A stretch of 64,000 bases of DNA from Hydrolagus colliei (taxonomy: Eukaryota): the NCBI GenBank assembly GCA_035084275.1, contig CM068749.1:18290001-18354000 (forward strand). Direction: 5' to 3'. This document shows, piece by piece, positions 1 through 13,987 of the stretch; positions within the stretch are counted from its first letter, which is position 1; each line of letters begins with the position of its first letter. The notes below the pieces were generated by a model. That model had not been told where the DNA came from. It made no database searches and worked only from the letters and a program-made list of their open reading frames with translations. The position numbers were made by a program, and so were the translations under genes.

Positions 1-720
1 GAGGAACAAAATCTGAATACAATTAAAGAACTATAATTCAGTACAGATCTGTGAACTCGGATCTCAGGGTTACTCTGCAGATGTTCATGAAATGACTTTA
101 TAGATACTGTATATATTGTTATTGTTACATTGTCCATTGTTTTGATTTTTATATTCAATTAGGAAATTTAATTGTGAAACTATGCGCAGTAAACATTTAT
201 ATTGAACGTGTCTTTAGATGAAAGTGGTTTCAATATATGGTTTCTCTAAATTGACTGCAATCAGATTCTACCGACAGCAGGAATTCTCAGCTGTACATAA
301 AATTTGTGAGTTTGACAGTAGGATATTTTGCTAATTATTTTTTTCAGGTACAGTTCTGTAATTGGGATTTCAGGAAACATTTAGAACCACAAACTTTGTA
401 CAGGAAAGTGATTGTAAATCACTTTTAGTTTGTTTTGGGGGAAAAAACACGGTGCTTTACCTGAATTAACCACTGCCAATTACCATGCCATTTCTGACCT
501 GTATTTGCTTTGTATTTTGTAAAATGGGTTAATGGGCTATGTTTCATAACAGTTTGTACATCTTCCAGTCACTGACTTGATTTCCGTTATTTTGTTGGAT
601 CCGTTTTTTGTTTCAAAAACACTGCTGTTCATTTGAAAATGGTAAATAAAAGAAAATACTGGAAAATATTCGTTTTGTTCAACATCTGTTCGGTGAATAA
701 AGTCCCCAAATTAAATATGT
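1..720 (+). other. Possible 3' end (3'UTR) of an unidentified + strand gene
   Basis: U-rich with tgtacata (292) and AATAAA near 646 and 696; frame 1 reads EEQNLNTIKEL* at 1-36; gene not recognised. Confidence 0.3.
145..226 (+). repeat. 82-bp direct repeat, copy 1
   Basis: Identical to 1205-1286. Confidence 0.95.
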
Positions 721-1204
721 TTTGGTGTGAATTTCACATCTACAAAGATAGCTGCTGTTTTTCCATGGTTTTACCAGTGTTGGAAAATTACCCTGTAAAA
801 GTACCAATATTCTGGAAATATATTCTTCACTAGCTAGCATATTCATTAACAGCTGTTGTAGTGGTTGTTTCACTTTTCAGAAAGGCAAGTTAGCAGTGTA
901 ATGCACTCTGGAGCTAGCATTAATATAATCTGAATTTCTCTTGCAAATTGAATGTGGTCAAGCTATGGTTGTTCAGTAGGTGCTGGTAAAGTGCATATTT
1001 AATTTTACCGGGAAATGGAAAAATGGGCATAACTTCGACCTTACTATATTTTGCAGTCAGCAGCAGAATAGAGGGCACATCACTCTGTGTTTGGATTTTG
1101 ATACGGACTGTGGGTGAAAAACGTTATTGCAATGATGGGAGATTTCCTGTGAACACTAATTAATGCAATTGTTATTTCACGTTGGGAGGATATAGAATCA
1201 TAGA

Positions 1205-1286
1205 ATTTTTATATTCAATTAGGAAATTTAATTGTGAAACTATGCGCAGTAAACATTTATATTGAACGTGTCTTTAGATGAAAGTG
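1205..1286 (+). repeat. 82-bp direct repeat, copy 2 (abuts a CR1-type tail)
   Basis: Identical to 145-226; preceded by atagaatcatagaat. Confidence 0.95.
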
Positions 1287-4200
1287 ATGGGATCAAAGCA
1301 CCTCACAGGATTTTGCTGTCAAGTGGAGTGACTGCGTATTTGTAGTTTTATTTTTTTTCAAAATTTCATCTAATAGCGATTGAGTAAAATCCTGCTGAGT
1401 TGCTACCAATGATTCAGAATAGTACCAGATTGAATTAGTTCCAATGCCAATAATGGTCAGGCTAACTGAAGGCTGCATTATATATCTATTGTTATTCAAT
1501 TGTTTTGAAAACCCCTTTCTTCAGAGGCCACTTATTTAGAACAAAAGACACTGTGGTCATAATTTACTGAAATTGAACAATATGTACAGATTATTCAACG
1601 TAGCAATTCATGGCATTACAATTCCAAAGCGCAGCAACGGACAATTCATGATTATCCACTCTCACTGCAGAGATATGATCTACAAGATCCCAATTAAGGT
1701 TTCCAGATGAAATGGAACTTCAGAACTATCTCCTGTTGTATGCAACTGTTTAATCTACAATGTTGTCTCCTAATGTTGTTAGGAGAAATAACTGCTCCTA
1801 TTTTCACTGTAGCAATATTTTCATACCCGCTGAGGGTACTTTGGAAATGTAATCTTGGCATTTAACTTTCTCAGTGGGAGAGCTAAAGGTAGTGGCTTCA
1901 ATGCTAAATTGAGACAGAAGGGCGTAATAGGAGACAGACACATTGAGCAGATGGGGAAAAAAAACAGCATTTGCATTGGTAAGCCATGTCTGTACTTCCG
2001 AGTAACACTATTCTTGGTGATGTCTTTCTGCTCATACATTCCTACCAACAACTTCAGACCCCCTCCTCCCCCCCGCCTCCCCAATCCACCGTTCTGATAG
2101 GTCCCACCAGGGCTCAAAGATATGTTGTTCGGTGCCGAAAACTGCACTTCACAATCATATCAAGTTGCTAGGGGCCAAAAACAATTTAAATTTGCTTTCT
2201 TAACTGTATATTCTGCACCTTTTGGTGATCATTTTTGAAGCTGGTAATCATAGTCTCTAAACAATAACTCAATTTAACATTGAATTTCTTCTACTTCATT
2301 GATGGGGCTCAATAAGTAGTTGTGTGTAACATATTAAGATGATGAATTATCTGGCTCACACAAATCGTGCTCCCATATTTCTGGAAACATTGACACCCAG
2401 GATAATTTTACAGTAAGTCCCATTGATTTAAGATATATGAAAATGTCAAGATTTTTGGGGGAGCCATGAACACATTAAGTTTGTTTCCAAATGCACATTT
2501 TTAACCATCTCATATAGCACCATATCTAATACTGAAACATAAAAAGCATGCAAAACTATCATTAATAGCTGACGAACAGGGTGAAAAACACATGGAGTGA
2601 AAGTTCAATGAATTAATGGTGTATTTTTTCCAAATTATTCCAATATTTCCCGGTTATCACACAAGGTTGGAAAAAAAATCAGATGCAAAGTTGTGACAAA
2701 ATGTATGTTTTTATTATTTTTCAGCATCCAGATTACAATCTTATAAAAATAAAAGTTGTAGATAACAAATACAGTATTCTTGAATTTCTGTGCTCTCACT
2801 TAATTCTCAATCTTTGATTTTGTGAGTTAATCCTGTCCAGTAATTTGGTAACTTTAACACAGCCTTGTGAGAATTACGAGGGCCTATGGGCCAATTTAGC
2901 CTGTTAATACAATCAGGATATAATTTGGGTTGGTAATCAACAGCTTTCAATTTAACATAAATTAACTCTCTAGCATATGGTGGTTTTGTAACTGATCCAG
3001 TAACACTAGGGATTTCCATTTAGCATACTTTCTCCTAACAGTCTTATTTCTCAATTTTATTACTTTAGTTCACATCTTGACAATTTGTTTTAATTATTTG
3101 CAAATGTTACACTGGTCATATTTTGGGCAACTTTGCCAAGTGGGATACTTGTCATATTGAATTTGTATACATTCCTTAAGCCAGCTCAGGGCCCAGACTC
3201 AAGGGCATTTCATTTTTAATAATTTACAGATTCGACATTTTACATTTTATTGTCATAAAATACCACTCTTATATACCAGATTATTCATATGATGTTTTTA
3301 TATTTGAAAAAGAATAGCTTGAGCAGAACAGGTATACAAATCTGTGGATCTTTTTATTCATATCACAAGTCTTGTAAACAAAGTGTTGTTTTTATATGTC
3401 AAAATAACTGCAATCCATATACCTTCATCAAATGTACGTACATCTGGACTAAAGTTGAGTCTGTTGAGCTCTGAGACTTATCAACCAGATTTTCTTATAA
3501 TGCTGGAGGGAATTCCAGCATCATTTCTGGTTGTCCTCACCTCGTGAGTTAATTATGGTGTTGAATTCTAGGCAGCCTGAAAATAGTAATTGTGCATATT
3601 GGGAAGTGGAGTTATTTATTTGGACGGACTCCCACAAGAATCATATGATTCAAGAACTAACTCTCACAGCACAGTACTTCCGTGATTAAAGTAAAGCAAA
3701 TTCTAAGCGTCCACTATGTTCAATGTGCAAGAAAATCCATGTGGTGTGGTCCTACGCCCCACTTCACTCCTGGTTGCGCAGAAGTATCCAGTTTAACAGC
3801 ACACGTCTCGATTCACACATAAAGACTGGCTACTTGAACAAGGAATGAGTAGCCCATTGGCACCCATAGAACTGTCCCCAATGTTAGTTACTGAAAGGAA
3901 GGGAGAACATTAAGATTGCGGAGGGAATAAGTGAAGCAATGGAATATTCTACCACAAGCTAAGTTGGTTCTTGGAATTGAATATGTATCTTGAATATAAA
4001 CCGTGCTTGCCATCCACACAGGTTTAAATGCTAATATCACTGGTATAGTACGGAAGACAATATGAAATTGTTGGCTGGGAAATGCAAGGATTGTTGGTAT
4101 TGTTACAAATATTTGTGAGTTATATGTTGCAAAGAAAAAAATATGGAGTAAAGTTCCAAATACAGTATATTATGATTAAAATGTATTTTCATCACATATC

Positions 4201-4756
4201 TGTGTTTATATATCAAATTTGGATTTCTGATGTGACTCGGATCGCATTTAAAACAAACCAATTCTGTTTCTGGACATTCAAATTATGTAAGTAAACAGCA
4301 GGGTCAGCCAGTGGAATACAAAACATATCTATTGCCTGACATTGGAATGCTCAACTTGTACATTTGAAGGGCAAGTGAGTAGTCATTCTGTAGTTTATCG
4401 TCACAAGTATGTTGCTTTGCATTCTTCTGTAATCTAAAATTACTTGTACATCTACCACGTCTGTGATGTGAGGAGGAAGAATTCTGTTTTCTACCTCACT
4501 TTTCAACCTTGGTGGTAATCTGGACTGTGACCCGAGGCCCTTCACCCCAGCTCTCAATTTAAAAAAAACTTTTAAACGTGCAATAATTTATACGCCTTTA
4601 ATCTCAAATGATTAATTGGAATGATTTAACATTTTGTTCTTCCGTGTGATGAATTCTGGTGCTTCTGTCAATACGTGCATACTTTACTAATGCTCACAAT
4701 TTATTTTGATGAGAATTGTGATATATTTGAAAAATATTCCTCCCCTCCGACTACAG

Positions 4757-4915
4757 AAGAACACAAGAATAAGGAGCAGGCGTAAGCCATTTGGCCCCTC
4801 GAGCCTGCCCTGCCATTCAATAAAATCATGGCTGATATTCTAATCTAACTCCACCTGCCTGCCTTATCCCATGTCCCTCTATTCATAAGAAATCTATCAA
4901 TCTCAATCTAAATTG
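4757..4915 (-). mobile_element. CR1-clade LINE 3' end fragment
   Basis: aagaataaggagcaggcgtaagccatttggcccctcgagcctg is a typical chondrichthyan CR1/HE1-type 3' end. Confidence 0.7.
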
Positions 4916-7072
4916 CTTCATACCATGTTCTATGGTTGTCATTCTCAATACACTGAAACCCACAGCCATTGAAATTAAAAGTCTGACAAATTCACTTGAT
5001 TTTGCAATGTTTGGTGAAAGCTCTCCTGTTTTCTGCTGTTAGTTAATGGTTAAAAATGATTACTTTCGTTAGACTATTATAGCAAATAGGTTACATGTTG
5101 GTTGATATGTACCAGGAATGCCATAACTTCAACAATCATTAAGCATACAGAAAATTTCCAGCTATTCAAAATAATACAAACATATATATAATGCAAGCCA
5201 CATGATTCCCGCAAACTGCAACTGACTCCTGTTTTCTTTAGAGGGGAAGATCATTTTACTTAATTGAGGGAAGTAAAAACCATGTATGGTTTACTAGCAG
5301 GTGTGTTAAAAATTCAAGTGGACTTGTAGTTCCTATGGAGCAAGACAAATAATGTTATGTGTTTACACATCTACCACCAAGTAGATCATTGCAATCTCAT
5401 CTTTGGGTCACAAAATTCAACACAGCAGTAAAGTGTGGACCACAAATGGGCCTCAATTCACAACCACAAGAATGCAAAGCAATTATGTCAAAATGTGCTT
5501 ATCGGTCCTTTTATTCGCCGAATAAATCATTCTTATAAAGCAGTCTGATGTGAATAACACATATTAGAATTGTGGATATATCACTATTTGAAACTCTGTA
5601 TAATTATATCTTTCAATTGCAGTATATCTGCCTTTTGTTGACAAAGGTGAAAATCATTCATATGATCCATTGGGGGCCATAGTTCTAGTTCCAATCATAG
5701 TTCCTGTGAAATATAACGTTGACCGAGCTACTAAATTCATTGTGATAAGCATTGCATTGTTTTCTGCGAAAAATGATGTATCTATTACAAAAATGTTACA
5801 AAAATATTACCAAAAAAATGCTTCCTAGAATAAAATTTAATAGGCATTTTCTCTTCATATAAATTCTGATGGAATGGGGTGGACTTTTATTTACAGTTGA
5901 TTAATAAAATACTTCAATTGGTTTGCAATATAGTTGATGGAATGTGTAATTCACACAATTCTAGGATTTATCTATTTGTATTGCAAATGTATAGTGCATT
6001 TTTCCATTGTCTCTAAAATTAGGCAAGATTAAAAGTTCTGTTTACTCAAACAATGCTTTCGTTGTTTTTTAAAAAGAGAGAGAGATACCTCTTGGCAAGT
6101 ACTGTATTCACAATCATTATTGACGGGATAGATTCGTTTCACAAATTTTGGAAAATCCAAATAATTCATGAGCTTTGCTCACTTGTGTTCATCACTATTG
6201 CGAAGAAAATGTATTTCTCAGACAGTCCAAGTATTCAGATTCCTAACCCAAGTATTCATTTGAAAGACAAATGTATTTAAGTTAGCTGCAGCCAAAGGAT
6301 ATAAATTACTAAGTGGAAGAAGGATAAAGGTAACATTTCAAGTAACTTTTAATGCAGTTTATAAGGTTTTATTTCACTGCAAGTTATTATATTAAACAGT
6401 CTGTCATGACTTTGTGTTGCAACTGATTAAGTTTGGAGCTTCAATTTTTGCATAAATATTTGAAAACGGCCAAACAGAAAAGAGTTCATCTAAACAGCAC
6501 TGAGCTGCAATAAATTCTGAAGGCTGAAACTCTTACCGCTCTTTCATTAAATTTTGCCATATAAGGTGAAGAGCTATCACAGCGAACGGGGGTGTTTTCG
6601 CAACTTGTGGAAAATAGAGTATCTTTTTACAGAACTCTCTTTAGAGATAATTAAGGCTATTACGCATATTTAACTCGGGTTTTCTGCACAGCTTTATATG
6701 ACGTTAATCGTTTTTGCTTTCTTGGCAACATCTGCAAAAACAAAATTGTTACAGATGTCTCTGAGTTGATTGCAGAATGTTTCAAAACACACACAGCCAG
6801 CCCCGAGCCCCAGGTCTTTATAATTTCTGTTTATGAAATTTCAGTACAGCGCGTCACTGTGAAGTTATTTATCTGGTAAAACTGTGGCCGAAGTTGGCAG
6901 GCAATGCCGTCTGCCATCACCTGGTTATCTATCATTTCCTCGCTCACTCATTCGTGCTGTCTGTGTCTTTCAATACGCTATTGGATGACACCCAAATTTA
7001 CTACACATGTGTCCAAGGCCACAGCTAAGAGTGTTGTTTAAATAATTTGTTCTCAAATGCAATATCTCCTTT

Positions 7073-7404
7073 GGAGCTCCTGTGGCTCAGTGGTTAGAGT
7101 AGAGCACTTGTCTTGCAAGTTGGGGAGACCTGTGTTTGAATCCAGGCAGGTCAGGGTGAAACCTTGGGCAAGTTTCCTTACTCCACACGCCTAATAATAA
7201 TCCGTCCAAAAAAAACCACAATAATAAAATTGGTCATTTCAATCCACGACTGCTTGTGGGACACTGCTGTCTGCAATTGGCTGCTGCATTTCGCCTACAA
7301 ATATACAGTCAATTAACTTTACAGTATATTATATGAAGCACTTTGGGACGTCGATAAGATGTGAAAAGCACTATATCAAATGCAAGGATTATCATTATAT
7401 TATT
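7073..7404 (+). mobile_element. tRNA-derived Deu-type SINE, full length
   Basis: A-box tggctcagtggttagag, B-box gtttgaatcc, core gtgggacactgctg..caattggctg, tail caaatgcaaggattat(tat)n. Confidence 0.9.
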
Positions 7405-7617
7405 AAACGTGCTTATTACGAGTCACCAGTTTATCCATTAGCTTCAAACCTTTTACAGTCTGTCATTATTACATTTATCCATTTGAGTTTTTAAATAGGC
7501 TCACATGGATAAAGATTATTTAAATATTCTATACCCCCAAAACAAAAATAAATATTGCCACGTGAAATGATATAGATCGCTATTATATGCAGTGCAGCAG
7601 TTCATAAATGAAAGAGT

Positions 7618-7925
7618 GGCATCCTGTAGCTCAGTGGTTAGAGCACTTGCCTTACAAGCGTGAGACCTGTGTTCGAATCCAGGCAGGTCAGGGTGAAACC
7701 TTAGGCAAGTTCCTTACTCCACACGCCTAGTAATAATCCCTCCAAAAAAAGAAGATAATAAAAAAAAATGGTCATGAATGTTTGTGGGACACTGCTGTGC
7801 ACAATTGGCTGCCACATTTTGCGCAAAAATATATAGTCAATTCACTTTACAGTACATTTTGTGATGCGTTTGAGACGTCTAGAAGACGTGAAAAGCGCTA
7901 TATCAAATGCAAGGATTATTATTAT
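7618..7925 (+). mobile_element. tRNA-derived Deu-type SINE, full length
   Basis: Same family; intact A and B boxes (gttcgaatcc). Confidence 0.9.
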
Positions 7926-9889
7926 AAAGAGCGGGATCCTGTTGTTAACTTTAATACCCTAATCACAAAAAAGAAAATACTAGTTATAAAAAGGCTGCTT
8001 TAGTTCAGGATCAATTTGTGCATGGATTATTTGAATAGGTTTAACATGCAAATGCCACGCATTACTGTTATTTTAACATGCTATTTTGATTTATGATGCA
8101 GCAAACATCATCACAGCGGAGTTAGTGAGTGAGGCAACAAATGGAGATAAGATACTTAGTGGGGGGGGAGGAAGGAAGAAGTGCAATTTGATCAGAAATG
8201 TTTGAAGTAGATTACTCACTCGACTGGAAATGTATGTGGGCTTCAAAAAAAGCAATATTTAAATATATATATTATATTAATCCAAAAATCCAAAGCATAA
8301 CATATTAAAATGATCATTTGCTCTGTAAACCACAGGTAATCAAATTAATCTATTAAAATTCCTCTGAGTCATATGGTTCCTTCAACATGTTTAAACATTT
8401 TTTTTCAATCTGCCCTTATGGTGAATAATAGTGAGTTCTTGTGGTTTTTAAATTAGAATTTCTGATGTGCATGAGTATTTATACTTCATTCATGTAGTAT
8501 TTGTTGGTATAGGTTTATTTCATGCATTTTGTTACAAGCACTCTGTGGCTCTGTCTACTCCCAAGATATAAATGCTTCAGAAGAATATGAATCCTGCATC
8601 CCTAATAAATGGTCAGATATCACATTTCCAATGGCAGTGTTCAAAGCCGTCTCTGACCCCCTATCCTCCCCGCCAACTGGATATTTAAAAAATTCTCCTA
8701 AAATCTTTGAAAGATTATTACAGAATATCAGATTCTCGTTTTTTTTACTTTTAAAAAAAACTTTGCGCAAAACAACTCGCAAAACGCTTTTCTTCAACAT
8801 AAATTCACAGTTGCAATGTTGACATTTCTGACCCGAATCCTTCCATTTGTGTTGCCTTTGATTCACAGCACAACAGCACTCCGCGGTTCAGACGGAAGAA
8901 TTTCCACGAGAAATGTTCAGTTTAGTTTGTTTACGTAGAGAGAGGGAAATGTGATACATCACTGATTGTTAGGCATGTAGAGATCTCAAAAGTGGGAAAA
9001 GATGCAATTAACTTTTATGCTCTGTCTGTTCTCAAATGCAATGAAATCCAAACTCTTATGGAACAAAGACAGCTGAGGCTTGCGCCCGATTCATATTCAT
9101 AATTATAACCTTTGCATTTGTTTTCGTGCTTTTTTTCATCGGGAAGACACCCCCAAAAGCTCTTCACAGAATACACTACAGTCTAAAGTGCAGTGACTGT
9201 GCACTGTGTGGACACGTTTACACTACCGCATGCCACAAACAATCACAAAGTGTATGACCAACATTGAGGAACACAATCAGTGCCCCCCACCCCATCCTTT
9301 TAACTGCTTCTAAGGCATGGTCCAGTTAAAGTCTTGTGTTTTATTTTGTGTCATAAGCAAACGTTGATACAGTATTAATCACTTCTACCTAAAAAGAATC
9401 AAAATGCCAGCCAGTGGGTAATGACTTGCAAACAGTTGTGTACATAAAAATATATTTGCCCCCCAAAAAGAAACAAAATAGCTCTCAGAGGCTCAGGAAT
9501 GAATGATAAAAAGGTGAGAGTGTTGATGGCCGAGACAGTGAATATCAAAATAATTATATTTACCAAAACTCTGCAGGTTACAGAGCTACGCCATATGCGA
9601 GAGTAGACACTGAGCATTGTAATGGTTATATCTGCAGAAGGACTCGTGTGGACATTAGGCCGCTTGCCGAGAACTAATAGATCAACGTCAAATGTTCCCG
9701 ATAAGCTGCAAGTGGTGCTCCAAGTTTGTAGAGCGAACTGACACTGATGGGAGGAGAGACCATTGCCAGCGCCTCTCACACAAGGATGTAACTGCAGGAG
9801 ATAGTGGATTCCAGGTCACAGGCCAGCGGCTTTCAAACTCACCGTTCAAGACGTTTATATTTGCTTCTAGTTTCGTTTTGTGTTTTATA

Positions 9890-10221
9890 GAGCTCCTGTA
9901 GCTTCGTGGTTAGAGCACTCGCCTTACAAGACCTGTGTTCGAATTCAGGCAGATCAGGGAAAAACCTTGGGCAAGTTTCCTTGCTCCACACACACACGCC
10001 TAATAATAATCCCTCCAAAAAAACCCACAATAATAAAAATTGGTCATTTCAATCCACGACTGGTTGTGGGACACTGCTGTGCGCAATTGGCTGCCGCATT
10101 TCGCCCACAAATATACAGTCAATTCACTTTACAGTATATTCTGTGAAGCGCTTTGTGACGTCGATAAGATGTGAAAAGCGCTATATGAAATGCAAGGTAT
10201 ATTATTGTTATTGTATTATTA
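9890..10221 (+). mobile_element. tRNA-derived Deu-type SINE
   Basis: Same family. Confidence 0.9.
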
Positions 10222-10684
10222 CACGCCCTGTCCTTGGATAAATTAGGGTGAGAAATAGACAGCAAATGTTATACTCGATTAATATGAGCAACGTACACGC
10301 AGTGACCAACAGTTGCACTACCTCAGTAACTTGTTTCTGACCTGCAAGTTGTGTGATTGTACACTCTATCAAGCAATGTGATTGTGCAATCTGACAGTTT
10401 ACTTTCAGGGAGAAGCACAGGTCAGTTAGTGATTTCTAACGCTTGTACTGTATTCAGCTGCACAGTGTGCAGTACCGGAACTCTCTCTTGATTTATTAAA
10501 CCACATCATTTGTATTCTGTAGCTACATTGTGTAGAGGATGGGAGGATGAAGGACATGGCATATTTTTGGCAAATAAGCTTCAGTGATCTTTTCACAGAT
10601 CCATAAATTGTCATTATAAGGCAACCAATAAGAGTCTACCCAACCCATTTGTAAATGGTAAATTCCTGTTCACGTTTCGCCAAG

Positions 10685-11025
10685 AATAATAATATTAGTA
10701 ATAATCCTTGCCTTTGATATAGCGCTTTTCACATCTTCTAGACGTCTCAAAGCGCTCCACAGAATGTACTGTAAAGTGAATTGACTGTATATTTTGGGGC
10801 AAAACGCGGCAGCCAATTGCGCACAGCAGCGTCCCACAAACAGTCGTGGATTTAAATGATGAGTTTTATTATTGGGTTTTGTTTTTTTTGTTTGTTTTTT
10901 GGAGGGATTATTAATAGACATGTGTGAGGAGTAAGGAAACTTGCCCAGGGTTTCACCCTGACCTGCCTGGATTCCAACATGCTTGTAAGGTGAGTGCTCT
11001 AGCCACTGAGCCAACAGCTGACTCC
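10685..11025 (-). mobile_element. tRNA-derived Deu-type SINE
   Basis: Reverse complement of the family consensus. Confidence 0.9.
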
Positions 11026-13987
11026 AACAGCTACTTCAGAACAACTGTTGCAAATGGTGTAAAACTGCTAATAATTGTTTTCTTCGCAAATGTGATACCA
11101 TGCCCTCAGAATTCAATGAGATCTCCACACATTGCTGTCTGTTTCAAATAATCCACTGCTTCTTCCAGAATAGCCAGGCCCACCTTGTCACAGGTAGGTC
11201 ATTTCCTGTAGCTTTTGAAACTTACAGCACAGAAAAAGGCCATTCGGCCTATTTTGCGTGCGCTGATTCTATTTGAGTTGCCGTAGCCCCAGGGAAGTTG
11301 ATTGGACAGACCTTGATGAAGTCCTGAACACTGCCTTGGAAAATAATGGTAAGTTTAATATACAATTTTAAATACAACACAACACACTGGGCAGAAACGA
11401 TTAATCTGGTGGGAGACAGCTGTACTGCATCCAATAGCATGAACAATAAAAAGGGAGTGAGAGAGGGGAGTACTTCACAGAATGTTCTCGGAAATGAAGA
11501 AAAAAGTTGGGGGGGATTTCTCATTGTCCACTGAGACATTTCAAACTTGATTAATTGTATTGACATACAGATAAGCAGCCAATAAAGCCAGAAAGTAATT
11601 TGACATAATTTTCCTTCAAAAAGCCTGGACTGAATGGGCCAGCAAGGGTTTATAGTCTTTTTCAACAAACAATATGCAGGACCTGATATCAACGATGCTC
11701 TGAAAGTAGTTTAACTACAGTACTAAATACTGGAATTTTCATTCGGCTTTTGTGATTCGGTGTAGCATTCCGTCTTTTGTCTCTATGCAAATGTAATTCA
11801 ATCAGGACTTATTCATGAATACAACTAAATGGAGGGAGAAACTGCACAAAGTCTCCAAAATGGCTGCTGAGATCCCTAAATCAATGTGTTTATGAGCTAG
11901 AAAAAAATCAGTTGTGTTCAATGGCAGTGATTTTGTTCAACCGCAGTTATCACAATGACTCTGCCAACACAATGAAAACATAAATGCAATGAAGAATATT
12001 AGCATTGTTTTAGCATTGGCAAACACTAGGCTATTTGGTTGTACACGGTGAAGTCAAACTGACAGGTTAATTCATTGAGGATTTTGCACTGAAGAATGTT
12101 TGTGTATTTATTTACACGCTGCTCAAGATCAGGATAGAGCAAAAAACTATCTTATTGACCTGTTTGATATGATATTCAAAAACATAAAGCAAACCTTGAT
12201 GTACCAGGCTAAGAAATTCCAACCTCTAGTTATCTTTTGAATTCTGTTATCGGTAATCTGGGTTCTGCCAGTTCTTTGAAGGTCTCTTAGGTGGAGAACA
12301 TTGCAGTAACAGAACATTTTGTTTTGGGGATCAGACCTTAACTGGCAGAAAAATCTGCCTATAGTCTACTATCTGTATGTCCTCCAACAGCAAAGTCACG
12401 ATGGCTACAATAACCCTGCCTTCACCAAAGTGAGGAAGTATAGAAAAGAGAGGTGTGATAGCATGCAGCTAACATTTTAAAATAATATTAGGGTACAGAA
12501 ATAGTTTGTCATTCTTGTTAAATTGGAATGGATGGGAACTATTACTATACTTTTGTTTAATTCATTTATTGTAGAGATTGCACTTAGCATTCAAGGCATT
12601 GCTCTGGATTTGCTAAATATATAGAAATTCTATTTTGAAATGTCATTAGACCACTTAGTATTGAACACGCAGTACAGTGTCTTAAAAAGTGTAAGTGGAT
12701 TGTCGGCGTCTGGTTGGCCTCTTGTTTATACATACAAGTGATGTGCAAAAGGAAAGTCATAACATTGTGGATTAGCACATTATCCCTTCCATTTCGTATT
12801 TATGTTCAGTTCATGTCCAAACTCTCTAATGGATAAGAGGATCAAGTATAAAATGAAATCAGGTCCAAGCATAAAATATTTGGTACAATCCACAATCTGA
12901 CTCAGAGGAATCATATGATGATTGGTCTGTGATGCGCCTGGCGTGGAGGGCGCTATATAAATGCAAGTTGTTGTTGGAAGGACAAAACATTCACACTTAA
13001 AAAAAAAGATGTAAAGGAACAGAACCTTACTTTACCTGTGACTATTCCCCTGACCTGGGAATACCTGATAATGATTCCAGTTGACAAGGGAACAGGTTTC
13101 GAGGTGTTTGTGAGTCTGACAAATGTCGGAGCTAAATTACTTTATTAAATTATAAAACCATTATCCCTGGTCACTTGATTGATCTTGTCATTGTAATTGC
13201 ATATCATGATTTAATGTCCTTGTACTGTTGACTTCAGAAAAACTGTACTTTCAGTGATAGAATTTTATCTGTGCATCTTCCAAATGCAAGAGGGAAAAAA
13301 AAACCAAATCCTGATTAATTCTCCTTCAAGCAGAAATCCACTTGCAATCCTCTGGGGAACGATGAAAAAGTAATGCGCTCGTTTAACAGCTGAAGTAGGA
13401 GTTGTTGATTTGAAGGGAAGTATTTCTCTCTAGTTGCATCAGGTATAAACCAACAAATCTGGAACTAATTTAGGGGTTTGGTAACAATCCATGTGGATCA
13501 ATTGTGGGGTTGACTTTATCAAATACAAACCGTGCCCTGAATTATGTAATTAACAATGTAAAAGCTTTTTAGAATCACTTGGAAGACTTTCCATTGATTA
13601 CACAAAACACCTTTACTTCCAACTATGCACAGTGCATTGTTAACGAAACCTGCATATTTTGCATAATGGCTGTTCTAGCAAGTTGCACCTCGCCATTAAG
13701 TATCCTGTTGACTTCAATTCACCCTCACCAGCCATAAGGAACATATTTGAGGTCAAATAGAAGTGAATGGGCCTCAAATGGAGCCACGCCAAGTGAGAAT
13801 GTGGCTTCAGTGTTTCCCAGAAGTGGTTGAAAATGAGTAACAGTACATTGTACGCAGGTCTTTTCCAATAGTCTTTCGTATCCAGAGGATGCCTCAAAGC
13901 ATTCACAGAATGATTGTAAAGTGTGGTGTTATGCAGTTTTAGATGTATTTTGTACATTGGCAGTCAATGTAGTGCACAGAAGTGTAC

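Noticed and set aside
7618-7690. tRNA genes at SINE heads
   Set aside because: A and B boxes are present, but there is no closed acceptor stem and each runs into the same SINE body and tail.
9839-11151. Cluster of mutually similar ORFs (also at 20291, 24741, 39041)
   Set aside because: These are translations of SINE copies.
11249-11692. 147-aa ORF (longest in the track)
   Set aside because: No recognisable domain or splice structure, and its end overlaps a CR1 tail remnant.
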